Source: Eubacteriales bacterium
GTDB taxonomy: Bacteria > Bacillota > Clostridia > Oscillospirales > CAG-272
Direction: 5' to 3'
DNA length: 64,000 nt
Assembly: GCA_045544955.1 (NCBI GenBank)
Contig: JAZPZY010000005.1
Span: forward strand, 35,571-99,570
Shown: in pieces, positions 9,507-18,184 of the stretch
How positions within the stretch are numbered: the stretch's first letter is position 1
Layout: every line of letters starts with the position of its first letter
The notes under the pieces: model-generated
What the model was told of the DNA's origin: nothing
Databases searched by the model: none
The model's input: only the letters and a program-made list of their open reading frames with translations
Translations under genes and position numbers: made by a program

Positions 9507-9719
9507 TCACCTCCGGTCAAATTCGGCGTACATTACACCGCTGTATCCGCCTGACTGCTCGCCAGCCGCCATGGCACGGAGTTTTCTCCTCTCTTCGTAG
9601 AGTGTGCCGAGGCTTGCCCTCTCCACTCTGCGCGAACCGATAGAATAACTCTGCGCGCCGCTTTCTATGGCTTCGATCGCTTCCTCGATCCGTTTTAACT
9701 GTTCACTGTAGGAGTTCAC
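9507..9719 (-). CDS. gpW-like head-tail joining protein
   Basis: 70-aa ORF between the large terminase and portal, as in lambda. SYSIGSRRVERASLGTLYEERRKL fits the gpW pattern. Confidence 0.55.
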   Translation of the reverse strand: MNSYSEQLKRIEEAIEAIESGAQSYSIGSRRVERASLGTLYEERRKLRAMAAGEQSGGYSGVMYAEFDRR

Positions 9720-9726
9720 GTCCTAT

Positions 9727-11571
9727 TCACCAACTTTCTGTATTTCCGTCCGACCAATCACCGCCGGAGGACCATGCGTCCCCGTCGTGCGCGGACGCCG
9801 CTTTTTCCGTTTCCTGAACATTCTCTCCCCGCGCCGCCGCTCGCGTGATCGCCCGGTATCCCGCAATGTCCGCCGCCGCCGCCGCGTACACCTCGCAGTC
9901 CAGATAATGGTTATCTGCATGTGAGGTCTTCGGCCGCCAGACTGACACTTTTTTGCCGTTTCTTCTCTCTGTCACCTTCTGCTCTGCCGTCACCTGCGAA
10001 AGGTACTCCTCATCGCAATCCTCGTATACTTGGAAGCCGCCAGACGCAAGGATTCCTCCGTAGATCGCGTCCTTGTACAGGCCTGTGTCCACGATCACCA
10101 GCTGCATTCCGTTTGCGCGGCTCCCCTCTCTCTCGATGCTGCTGATGCGGTATCGGCTGTACATCTGCGCCGAGGAACCCTTGGACGGCAGCGCCCACTC
10201 CCGATGCACGGCACAGTATTCATACACATCGTCCGTCTGGTCGCCCGAGTCGATAAGACACAGGTTTACCAGATAACTGCCGCCATCTACCGAGAGATAC
10301 GGTCTGTTCATAACGTCTGTTATGTCGTCCCAATGCTCCGCGAATCCGTTTTCGATAAGGCACCTCGTCCCGTCCGGCAGCCACGCCCGTACTACGAAAT
10401 AAAATCCTCTTCTCTGTACGTCCACACCGCCCGTGAGCAGCACCGTGCCATGCGGCACCACGCCACGCCCGTATCCGGATGTCTTGCGGCCCAGCAGCTG
10501 TGCATCCGCAGAGCCTTCGATTTCCTTCCACGGCTCTGCAAGCCAGGAATTCACGAAGTTCATGAGTGACTCCGGATCATCCTTCGACACCTTGAACTCA
10601 TACGCGATATCGCCAAGCGTCAGCCACGGCGATGCAATGGCGTTCAGATGATACGCCGAATGCAATTTTGATCCGTTTGAGCGCGTTTCCCGCCACTCTC
10701 CCGCGCCTACGGCCTTTTTCAGCATGCGGTCGTCCATTGCCGAGCCGCAGTGAGGGCAAACGTAAACGGCAGTCTTTCGTGCCAGATTGGCGTCTCCCTT
10801 CACGTCGTCCCATCGGATCTGCGAAAATCGAAGTGTCTGAAAAACGTCGCAGTGCCCGCATGGTACGAAATACTCGTACTGCGTGTCCGCCTCCATCCAG
10901 GACGTCCACACGGACCCCGTTTCCAGTGTCGGTGTGGAGGTAACTACGATTTTCTTTGAGTGACGAAACGTCTTTGTTCGCTCGATGGCAAGATTGATCG
11001 GGTTTGCCTCTTTTCCCGCCATTCGCGGGTATTTGTCCACCTCATCCATGAGCACATACCGCACGGGACGGGATGCCAGCGATGCCGGCGAATTGGCCCC
11101 GGACAGCACGATGTACATATCGTCAAACTGCAGTTCCAGTTTTTTGGAATGCGGATCAAATTTCCGTGCAATCGGCTCACACAGCTCTATCATCGGCCGC
11201 ACACGGTTGTCGGAGGTCGTCTCCGCAAGATCAATGGTCGGGTACACGGCCATAAGCGGCGATGGGTCCTGGTCTATGGCGTACGCCATGGCGTTCAGGA
11301 GCGTCTCTGTGCCGCCCACCTGCGTCGGCTTCACAAAGGTGATCCGCTCCACCTCCTTGTCACCGAAGGCATCCATGATCGCCCGGAGGTACGGCGTGCG
11401 GTCCGTCCGCCATCTGCCCGGCTCTGCGTTGGACTTTGCCCCAAGGATCCGGTACCTGTCCGCCCACTGGGATACGGTCAGATCATCCGGCGGCTTCAAT
11501 ACCGCCAATGCGTCCGCGATATACGCAGGAAACAGCGTTTCATTCTCCGTCATACTGGAAATCTCCCGCAC
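9727..11571 (-). CDS. Terminase large subunit, lambda GpA family
   Basis: LTVSQWADRYRILGAKSNAEPGRWRTDRTPYLRAIMDAF...KPTQVGGTE is a typical GpA N-terminus. 614 aa; the start could instead be the Met at 11553. Confidence 0.85.
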   Translation of the reverse strand: MREISSMTENETLFPAYIADALAVLKPPDDLTVSQWADRYRILGAKSNAEPGRWRTDRTPYLRAIMDAFGDKEVERITFVKPTQVGGTETLLNAMAYAIDQDPSPLMAVYPTIDLAETTSDNRVRPMIELCEPIARKFDPHSKKLELQFDDMYIVLSGANSPASLASRPVRYVLMDEVDKYPRMAGKEANPINLAIERTKTFRHSKKIVVTSTPTLETGSVWTSWMEADTQYEYFVPCGHCDVFQTLRFSQIRWDDVKGDANLARKTAVYVCPHCGSAMDDRMLKKAVGAGEWRETRSNGSKLHSAYHLNAIASPWLTLGDIAYEFKVSKDDPESLMNFVNSWLAEPWKEIEGSADAQLLGRKTSGYGRGVVPHGTVLLTGGVDVQRRGFYFVVRAWLPDGTRCLIENGFAEHWDDITDVMNRPYLSVDGGSYLVNLCLIDSGDQTDDVYEYCAVHREWALPSKGSSAQMYSRYRISSIEREGSRANGMQLVIVDTGLYKDAIYGGILASGGFQVYEDCDEEYLSQVTAEQKVTERRNGKKVSVWRPKTSHADNHYLDCEVYAAAAADIAGYRAITRAAARGENVQETEKAASAHDGDAWSSGGDWSDGNTESW

Positions 11572-12046
11572 TCATCTGCCTGAGTGCATCGTTGATCCGG
11601 CCGGTGATTCTTTTGTCCAGCTCCCGTGCCGTCTCCGGCGTGATCTCCGGGGCAATCTCCGAAACGATCTCCCGCCCGAGTGCCTGCAATTCTTTTTTTA
11701 GTACACCGCAGAACCGCCGCAGATCCTCCGTAATCTGTTCAGTCGGCAAGAGCTCCCCCTTCAGAGACATTACCTTCATCTGCTGCAGTTCCGCCAGAGC
11801 CGCCTTATGCTGTCCTTCGTAGTAAATCTTCTGTTGTGCCAGTGTCATATTCCCGACGTCTTTTGATTCATCCGGCGAACCGGCACCACGCCATTTCGCC
11901 ACATCCCGGAGAGAATATACGCCGCGGCCGTACTTCGGACATCCCGCCTTTGTCCACAAGTTCACTGTCCTCGTGGACACGTCGTAGATCTTCGCCAGCA
12001 TCTCCGATGATACCAGCACGTCATCCTCCAGCACCTTGACCTTCAC
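11540..12046 (-). CDS. Terminase small subunit (HTH, Nu1-like position)
   Basis: GTG start at 12046, 6 nt after GGAGGGA. HTH segment MLAKIYDVSTRTVNLWTKAGCP. Overlaps the large terminase start. Confidence 0.6.
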   Translation of the reverse strand: MKVKVLEDDVLVSSEMLAKIYDVSTRTVNLWTKAGCPKYGRGVYSLRDVAKWRGAGSPDESKDVGNMTLAQQKIYYEGQHKAALAELQQMKVMSLKGELLPTEQITEDLRRFCGVLKKELQALGREIVSEIAPEITPETARELDKRITGRINDALRQMSAGDFQYDGE

Positions 12047-12059
12047 AGCATCCCTCCTA

Positions 12060-12185
12060 TCGCGAAATTTTAAGTCAAGCCGATTTCGCAATTTCCGCAC
12101 GCGCACCCATTATGCACGCCCGTGCGGCAAATGCGAAATTGCGAAGCGATTTTTTCACCCACAAAACCGGTGAAATTTCGCGGCT
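12060..12185. repeat. Cluster of GCGAAAT / ATTTCGC motifs upstream of the small terminase gene (cosB-like candidate)
   Basis: GCGAAAT at 12062 and 12133. ATTTCGC at 12083 and 12175. Degenerate copies at 12091 (ATTTCCGC), 12141 (GCGAAG) and 12187 (GTTTCGC). Confidence 0.5.
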
Positions 12186-12352
12186 CGTTTCGCCCCGCTC
12201 CCGGTACCCCGGTCAGAAGTACCTACTCTCCCGACAGTGGAGGCTGTTTCCGTCCTTCGGTGCGATGCTTTTTCAAACACCGCACCCAGACGCCCTTCCA
12301 CTTACATCCGGCAGTGCGCTATGACTACCCTGAGAGTATTGTAATTTCAAAA

Positions 12353-12370
12353 AAGTGCAATTAAGTGCAA
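12353..12370. repeat. Tandem octamer AAGTGCAA-tt-AAGTGCAA
   Basis: Two exact copies 10 bp apart, just downstream (minus sense) of the regulator gene terminator and at the head of the late operon leader. Confidence 0.5.
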
Positions 12371-12400
12371 AAAAATAACGGAGGCTTTTACACCTCCGTT
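12369..12400 (-). terminator. Intrinsic terminator after the late regulator gene
   Basis: Stem AACGGAGG/CCTCCGTT (12377-12384 / 12393-12400) with an 8-nt loop. Minus-strand U-run from the A-run at 12369-12376. Confidence 0.7.
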
Positions 12401-12404
12401 TTTG

Positions 12405-12761
12405 TTATTGGTTTTCGAGTTCCCGTATCGCATCCCTCGTGAGATACGATATAGATCGCTCCGACTTTTCCATCACCACGGCAGTCTTCAGCCGGCCCCA
12501 TCCCTTGATGAAGCGGTAATACAAAACGCTTCTGTGGAGAGGATGCGACAGTTCCTGGATCGCCGCTTCGATCCTCTCCGCCGATCGTGTCCTCTCCGCG
12601 ATGATCCGCTCGTATCGCTTCGCTACGCGCAAGGCCGCCTGTCGCTCACTGGGAGAGGACGTATATAAAGCCCCCCTCTCCGCTTCCGCTTTCCGGCGGT
12701 GGAGCTCCGCGAGTTCCCTCTTCACCACTCGATATTCCCTGAGTTCTTCTTTTGTCACCAT
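12405..12761 (-). CDS. Sigma-70 region-4-like phage transcription regulator (DUF1492/ArpU-like)
   Basis: 118 aa. N-terminal coiled coil, then C-terminal HPLHRSVLYYRFIKGWGRLKTAVVMEKSERSISYLTRDAIREL resembling an ECF region 4 HTH. Lies just upstream of the packaging genes. Confidence 0.5.
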   Translation of the reverse strand: MVTKEELREYRVVKRELAELHRRKAEAERGALYTSSPSERQAALRVAKRYERIIAERTRSAERIEAAIQELSHPLHRSVLYYRFIKGWGRLKTAVVMEKSERSISYLTRDAIRELENQ

Positions 12762-13222
12762 GTTTCTACCTCCTGTACCTCCTTCACTTCGATTCCGTGT
12801 ATCTCCCGCATCAGCTTACGCTTGTCAAGATATGTCCTCGTGCGTGTCGCCGCGGATTTCACATCCTCCACCACCAGCACTCCTCCCTGCCGGTATGAAA
12901 AATCCGCCCGGTACCGGAGAGCACGCACCCTCTCCCCATCCGATGTGGTGTATGCTTCGATCAGCGTAAACTCTGGCTGTATTTTCAAATCGCTGATCTG
13001 GCCAGATCTGAGCAGCAGAACAAGCGCGTCATAGCGGCGCGCTTCTTTTTTGCTGTCAAATTTCAGTTTCCCGCGGTCCTCTTTCACCGCACCGTACTTT
13101 CCGTGCCGTTTTCCGTCCCGGACGTCCGGCAATTTCGTCTCACCGCACTGCCGCCGATAGATCTCCAAGGCACGTTTCGCGGCAACGTCGGAGAGATCGT
13201 TTATGCTGATTCCCACGCCCAC
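12755..13222 (-). CDS. DUF1064 endonuclease-like protein
   Basis: KFDSKKEARRYDALVLLLRSGQISDLKIQPEF...YRADFSY...VVEDVKS matches the DUF1064 signature. Confidence 0.75.
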   Translation of the reverse strand: MGVGISINDLSDVAAKRALEIYRRQCGETKLPDVRDGKRHGKYGAVKEDRGKLKFDSKKEARRYDALVLLLRSGQISDLKIQPEFTLIEAYTTSDGERVRALRYRADFSYRQGGVLVVEDVKSAATRTRTYLDKRKLMREIHGIEVKEVQEVETW

Positions 13223-13291
13223 ACCTCCTCTGTGGTTCTAAAATCTTACGCATCTACAAGGATATACACGGCTGCACTCACGGCAGCCGCA

Positions 13292-14044
13292 CTATTCCAC
13301 TTTCGGGACATCTTTTTTACTGTAATTTCGTTTTTTCGGTGGTATTATGTATATAAAGTGTAAGAATCCAAAAGGAGTAGTTTCTGCTTTTACCAAAACG
13401 TATCCCTTCGGTGCGCTCGGAGGATTCTTTTCGCTGTACTCTTCTTTCACTTCCTCGGCCGGTTCTTCCTGCGGTTTTTCATGGTTCCTTGTGGCATAGT
13501 AGTGATGACCGCCCTGTTCAGGCGTCCAGTTCTTCCAGTAATATTCAGCAAGCTGCGTATAATCTCGTCCTCGATCCACTCCATCGTATATATTGTGTTC
13601 CCGCAGCGGTTGGCATTCTTTGATTTTTCCCCACGTCCATTGCTCCAAAATCTCATCTCGCGGCACACCGCCAATGATAGCGTGAAAATGAATCTTTCCA
13701 CTCTTTTTGTGCTGTCCCATCACGACAATAATCTTGGCATCCGGATATCGGCGGCGAAGGCGGCGCACATAAACGGAACGCATTCTGCGCCCGTCGTCAA
13801 ATTCATAAATTTCATAATCCGAATTAAAAGTAAAGGTGCACTTAAAGGAGGACGGGTCGTGATTTGCGTTCACGAGGCGGATAAACTTCCGGAGAGCAAC
13901 TCTATCCTTAAACGCTATATATTCCTCTGCAGTAGAAAAACGCACACGCTTTTTGTATGTTTTCGGATTTGCAAAATCCGGTATACTGTATACCACCTGT
14001 TCACATACACACCCGGCGTAGATTGCCTTTTTTACCCGCTTCAT
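13292..14044 (-). CDS. HUH rolling-circle replication initiator (Rep)
   Basis: Motif 1 FKCTFTF, motif 2 (HUH) KIHFHAIIGG, Tyr-containing motif YTQLAEYYWKN. 250 aa. Confidence 0.65.
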   Translation of the reverse strand: MKRVKKAIYAGCVCEQVVYSIPDFANPKTYKKRVRFSTAEEYIAFKDRVALRKFIRLVNANHDPSSFKCTFTFNSDYEIYEFDDGRRMRSVYVRRLRRRYPDAKIIVVMGQHKKSGKIHFHAIIGGVPRDEILEQWTWGKIKECQPLREHNIYDGVDRGRDYTQLAEYYWKNWTPEQGGHHYYATRNHEKPQEEPAEEVKEEYSEKNPPSAPKGYVLVKAETTPFGFLHFIYIIPPKKRNYSKKDVPKVE

Positions 14045-14106
14045 ATACCCCTCGCTTTATGTTCCAAATCCGCACGGACATTTTTGTCCGTGCGGATTGT
14101 TTTGTT

Positions 14107-14718
14107 TCACGACTCGTTTACGATTCCCGTCACCGGGATCTGGTACCCATGCAGCCGTTCTACCATATCCTCGCTGATGCGGTATCCATAGTTTTTGGCT
14201 CGCCTGTCACCCTCCAGTGCATCGGCAAGCATATCCGTCACTTCCGGATGCACAATGTGTACACCGATCACGGCACATACGCTCATGCCGTCAAAAACGG
14301 CGACTGCGTACAGTCCCTCTCCCACACGCCGGAGTGCAAAGGATATTTCTACCGCCTGTGCGATCGGATGCATATACCGCTCGTTTATCCAGTATGTACG
14401 CCTGTCTTCCGCAAACAAAGGCAGAAGAAGCCGCCCTCTCCACTGGCAAAGCATCAGCGAATCCGCGAGCATCGTGTCGTCCGAATCCAGATCATCGAAC
14501 ACACTGCCGGGATCCTCGATGAAATCAACGGTATACGCCTCCCGCTTATCTGCCGGAACGTCCATCATCGCCAGCAGCTGCTCTGCACCGGTGATCGTTG
14601 GCACGCAGTACATGGGATACGCCGCACCGCCTACGCTGAGCCACTGTACGCCGCCGTGCGTGAATATCTGCAGATACGTGAACCGTTTCACGATCTGCGA
14701 CAGTTTAGATAGTTTCAT
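14107..14718 (-). CDS. Hypothetical phage protein
   Basis: 203-aa ORF translationally coupled to the upstream gene. No motif recognised. Confidence 0.4.
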   Translation of the reverse strand: MKLSKLSQIVKRFTYLQIFTHGGVQWLSVGGAAYPMYCVPTITGAEQLLAMMDVPADKREAYTVDFIEDPGSVFDDLDSDDTMLADSLMLCQWRGRLLLPLFAEDRRTYWINERYMHPIAQAVEISFALRRVGEGLYAVAVFDGMSVCAVIGVHIVHPEVTDMLADALEGDRRAKNYGYRISEDMVERLHGYQIPVTGIVNES

Positions 14719-15170
14719 AAGTTCCCTCCATATGATGCCACCAGTGCCGCTTCAAAAAAGTCGTCCGTTTCAAAACTTCCCGCCGTTTTTTCTACCATCA
14801 TTTTTCGATTGCCATCCCGACGCGCCCAGTTTCGAATTACCGCAAGGTAGTTCTTGTATGTCTTCCCACTCACGGCAACGTAAGCACTCACCGCTTCAAT
14901 ACGATCACGAAAATCCTCTGGGAATTCTTCCTGCACCTTTTCGTATTCATCGTCAGATAGCAGCACGTTCTTATACTCCCCGTATTTGTGCTTTTTGTTT
15001 CTCTCCTCATCCGAACGAAGAAATAGCGTTGGTGCACTCTCTAACCGTTCCAGAACCCATGCAAGAGTTTCAGCAGCACGTTTGTCCCCCACTCTTTCGG
15101 CAATAGATTTTTGCGGCGCTATTTCCTCTGAGAAAGCGGTAGCGTCAATCAAACGCATTTCTCTTGCCAT
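14715..15170 (-). CDS. Replisome-organizer/DnaD-C-like phage protein (start uncertain)
   Basis: C-terminus YGEYKNVLLSDDEYEKVQEEFPEDFRDRIEAVSAYVAVSGKTYKNYLAVIRNWARRD resembles DnaD-type replication organizer tails. The ORF extends to 15212. Confidence 0.4.
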   Translation of the reverse strand: MAREMRLIDATAFSEEIAPQKSIAERVGDKRAAETLAWVLERLESAPTLFLRSDEERNKKHKYGEYKNVLLSDDEYEKVQEEFPEDFRDRIEAVSAYVAVSGKTYKNYLAVIRNWARRDGNRKMMVEKTAGSFETDDFFEAALVASYGGNL

Positions 15171-15532
15171 GCTCCACACTTCCCTTCCACTGCATCCGCA
15201 ATTTTCAACCACAGTTCTTCCGTTACCTCAATAACGTTTCCAAGTCCCAAAACATGCCGCCGGGTACAGAGAGCCCCACGCATTGCTTCGGCGATTTCCA
15301 ACTGCACCGACATATCCTTGTTCTCGCGGTAATCCGTAAGCCCAATGAGGTAATCGCTGGTTACTTCAAAAAATTCCGCAAGTTTTGCAAGAACTTCTAT
15401 ATCCGGTACCCGTGTTTCCCGCTCGTAAAGAGTAACGCTTTGACGAGAGATGCCGATCTTATCTGCAAGTTCTCCCTGGATAAGACCACGTTCTTCCCGT
15501 AATTCCCGCAACCTTTTTGCAAAGATTTCCAT
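15149..15532 (-). CDS. XRE-family HTH protein
   Basis: MEIFAKRLRELREERGLIQGELADKIGISRQSVTLYERETRVPDIEVLAKLAEFFEVTSDYLIG. AAAGGA lies 8 nt before the ATG. Confidence 0.75.
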   Translation of the reverse strand: MEIFAKRLRELREERGLIQGELADKIGISRQSVTLYERETRVPDIEVLAKLAEFFEVTSDYLIGLTDYRENKDMSVQLEIAEAMRGALCTRRHVLGLGNVIEVTEELWLKIADAVEGKCGAWQEKCV

Positions 15533-15576
15533 ATTATGTTCCTTTCTCAAAGCGGTGACAATTTGTCACCATTCCG

Positions 15577-15996
15577 TTAAAACGGTAATTCTTCATCTGG
15601 AGCGATCTCCTCAAAATGCGGCTGTACCGGCGGCGCGGCCGCAGCCTGTCCGGCGGCACTGTCTGATTTGGAATCTATGAAGTGCGCTTCATCGGCGACC
15701 ACCTCCGTGGCGTACCGCTTCGCCCCGTTCTGATCCGTCCATGACCGGGACTGCAGACTGCCCACAATGCAGATGGACGATCCTTTGCGGAAATACCGCG
15801 TTATGAACTCCGCAATCCCTCTCCAAGCGGTGACGTTGATGAAATCCGCCTGTGGATCGCCGTCCTTCGGTTTGTACGTACGGTTCACGGCGATGGAGAA
15901 GGTTGTCACCAGCACACCGGCCGGTGTGGTCTTCAGCTCCGGATCGGCGGTCAGCCGCCCGGCAAGAATCACCTTGTTAAAGTTTAAGTTTGCCAT
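15577..15996 (-). CDS. ssb: Single-stranded DNA-binding protein
   Basis: MANLNFNKVILAGRLTADPELKTT...FINVTAWR OB-fold pattern and an acidic C-terminal tip DEELPF. Confidence 0.9.
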   Translation of the reverse strand: MANLNFNKVILAGRLTADPELKTTPAGVLVTTFSIAVNRTYKPKDGDPQADFINVTAWRGIAEFITRYFRKGSSICIVGSLQSRSWTDQNGAKRYATEVVADEAHFIDSKSDSAAGQAAAAPPVQPHFEEIAPDEELPF

Positions 15997-16004
15997 CGGG
16001 AGCC

Positions 16005-16331
16005 TCACCATTCTCTTTCCATGTTGATCGGTGTTCCGACCGTTCCAACGCTCTCGTTGCTGTCGGTCGGCCTGAAGTGTTCTCCGGGCATCGGGTACAT
16101 ATACCGGAACATAAGGTAGTTTGCTGCGTCCACAAGATGCTCCGTGTTATGGTCTTTCTTGAACGCTTCGATACACCTTTCAGCCGTTGCTACGGCGTCC
16201 ACTCTGCCGCTTGCAAAGTTATCCCTCGCCGGTCCGTATTTGTAATACGATACCTCCACACGGTATTTTCTTTCTTTGTCGAATGAATCGCTGTAATCAC
16301 TTGCGATTTTCCTTTTTTCGTTATCGGTCAT
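16005..16331 (-). CDS. Hypothetical phage protein
   Basis: 108-aa ORF in the early operon. Confidence 0.4.
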   Translation of the reverse strand: MTDNEKRKIASDYSDSFDKERKYRVEVSYYKYGPARDNFASGRVDAVATAERCIEAFKKDHNTEHLVDAANYLMFRYMYPMPGEHFRPTDSNESVGTVGTPINMEREW

Positions 16332-16710
16332 TCGCTTTCATCCTTTCTGCAAGTGCCCTCTCCGCTTCTTCTCGGGTGAGGAATGCGAATTGTGTTCCAA
16401 TCGGCACTTTATCACCTTCTATCAGCACGTACCATTCGTGCCCATCCCACGCGAGTACTCTCACACCGTCCGGATCTTCGTATACTCCGGCAGGATAGTA
16501 ACCAAAATCACTCTCATCGTCGTCTTCGCTGTACCACCACAGAGGGTCCCCCACCTTGCACGGCGGCAGAAGCACACCGTGTGCAAGGAGGTACTCGGCA
16601 GTATCTGCAATGACCTCCTCATAGTCGGTAATACATTTATTCGCCGAGTTTTCATCGGCTTTTTTCAGCAGATCTTTCAGTCTGTCAAGCATATCGTTTT
16701 CAGCCATCAA
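16321..16710 (-). CDS. Hypothetical phage protein
   Basis: 129-aa ORF in the early operon. Confidence 0.4.
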   Translation of the reverse strand: MMAENDMLDRLKDLLKKADENSANKCITDYEEVIADTAEYLLAHGVLLPPCKVGDPLWWYSEDDDESDFGYYPAGVYEDPDGVRVLAWDGHEWYVLIEGDKVPIGTQFAFLTREEAERALAERMKANDR

Positions 16711-16713
16711 GAC

Positions 16714-17043
16714 TCACCGCCTTTCTTCATCACATTTTGTCGCTAACGGAACAGAATAACCTTTTGCAAGTTTCGAAAGATCGAACGGATCTGTATGCCG
16801 GTAAACAGTACACGGCTTTATTCCCATAATAATCATATCTTTTTTTACATAATCTGGATTATCGAAAATATAATCAACATAGACAAGGCAGCTATTGCCT
16901 GTCCAATACTGTCCGTCGAACTCATTCAACGCTAACAAATCGCCTTTGTGATAAGGTCTGTCATTTTTTCGGATTTCAAAGGTCTTTTCCCCCGAAATAA
17001 CGGCGTTGAAAAATTCGGGAAATATCTTCAATTCGTGTATCAT
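16714..17043 (-). CDS. DUF3850 / ASCH-like (PUA-fold) protein
   Basis: MIHELKIFPEFFNAVISGEKTFEIRKNDRPYHKGDLLAL is the characteristic DUF3850 N-terminus. Confidence 0.65.
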   Translation of the reverse strand: MIHELKIFPEFFNAVISGEKTFEIRKNDRPYHKGDLLALNEFDGQYWTGNSCLVYVDYIFDNPDYVKKDMIIMGIKPCTVYRHTDPFDLSKLAKGYSVPLATKCDEERR

Positions 17044-17384
17044 ACATGCTCACCTCCGTCCATCTTCGCTCCGCAGTTGCCGCAGAAATTCATATGTTGC
17101 CGATAATCTTTTCTGCAATATGGGCAGATATATAACTTTTCCTTGCGGATATATGCGTGTGATACTGGCGTTTTATAATCGGTTTTGATTATCCACTTCC
17201 CGTGCCTTACCTCCACCACATCGGCGGCGGGCAAAACGCTCACAACGGAATGTGCATACTTAAGTCCCATTAAACTTCCGCGAGCTACTGGAGAATCGAT
17301 TGGGTCTGGGTCTCCGTGTTCTTCAATTTGATCGAATAGGTGCCGCAACACCGCACCCCGTTCGATATATTCCTTTTCAGCCAT
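17040..17384 (-). CDS. Hypothetical protein with C-terminal zinc ribbon
   Basis: CPYCRKDYRQHMNFCGNCGAKM (CxxC...CxxC). Confidence 0.45.
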   Translation of the reverse strand: MAEKEYIERGAVLRHLFDQIEEHGDPDPIDSPVARGSLMGLKYAHSVVSVLPAADVVEVRHGKWIIKTDYKTPVSHAYIRKEKLYICPYCRKDYRQHMNFCGNCGAKMDGGEHV

Positions 17385-17386
17385 TG

Positions 17387-18184
17387 TCAGCCCTCCTGCA
17401 AAAGTTTCATTTGCCCGTTTTCAAAATTACACCACAAAACCTCTGTACGTGGATCGGAGTTTTGATTATAGGAAGGCCTCTCACGCCTTCTCCACCCCTT
17501 CAAGTATGTATCATACATATCCGAAGGATATCCGCTGAGTATCACCATTCCTTTGTGATCCAGCAGTGCTTCCAGAAGATTAACGTGATCCTGCTCATTC
17601 ATTTCATGACGATACTGTTTCCCGCCCCTCGTGTGGAGCAAATACGGCGGATCTGCGTATATCAAAACATTTTCATGGTTGAATTTTTTGATCAGCTCCA
17701 AAGCAGGTCTATTTTCTATTTGCACGTTTTTCAATCTTGAAGCGGCTTCCAAAATTCCCTGCGGCATCTTATTCCAGCAGTCCACGCAGTAGGATCTTTC
17801 ACGTGCAAATACATCAATTTTGAAACCAGTTTTCTCATAGGTCTTGAAACCGTGTCCCATTCTTGATCTTATCGCGAATCGGTACGCTCTATCAAGAGCA
17901 GATCCTCCTCGGCGTTCATGCGCGTCATCAAACACTTCCCGTGCATACGGTGTCAATGCAATCATACGCGCCAATTCATCGGCGTTCTCTCGTAATACGA
18001 AAAAGAAATTTGTTATATCTCCATCAATATCATTCACTGTCTCAATAGCAGAAGGCTCCTTGTTGAACAGCACGGCGCCGGATCCGAAATAAGGCTCTAA
18101 ATAGGATCGATGCGGCGGCATCATGGATACAATTTCTTTCGCCATTCCCCATTTAGCACCGGGATAATTGAGAATTGCTTTCAT
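17387..18184 (-). CDS. DNA adenine (N6) methyltransferase, Dam/D12 class
   Basis: MKAILNYPGAKW...SYLEPYFGSGAV...IYADPPY motifs. Start taken at the TGATG overlap with the upstream stop, not the ORF start at 18277. Confidence 0.85.
   Translation of the reverse strand: MKAILNYPGAKWGMAKEIVSMMPPHRSYLEPYFGSGAVLFNKEPSAIETVNDIDGDITNFFFVLRENADELARMIALTPYAREVFDDAHERRGGSALDRAYRFAIRSRMGHGFKTYEKTGFKIDVFARERSYCVDCWNKMPQGILEAASRLKNVQIENRPALELIKKFNHENVLIYADPPYLLHTRGGKQYRHEMNEQDHVNLLEALLDHKGMVILSGYPSDMYDTYLKGWRRRERPSYNQNSDPRTEVLWCNFENGQMKLLQEG

Noticed and set aside
9723-9920. Arg-rich 65-aa minus-strand ORF at the 3' end of the large terminase gene
   Set aside because: It is an alternative frame of the terminase coding region with extreme Arg content. 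No independent signal supports it.
12190-12345. GC-rich stretch in the cos-like region as a tRNA, ribozyme or small RNA gene
   Set aside because: I could not derive a cloverleaf or any consensus core by eye. It is treated as part of the packaging/late leader region.
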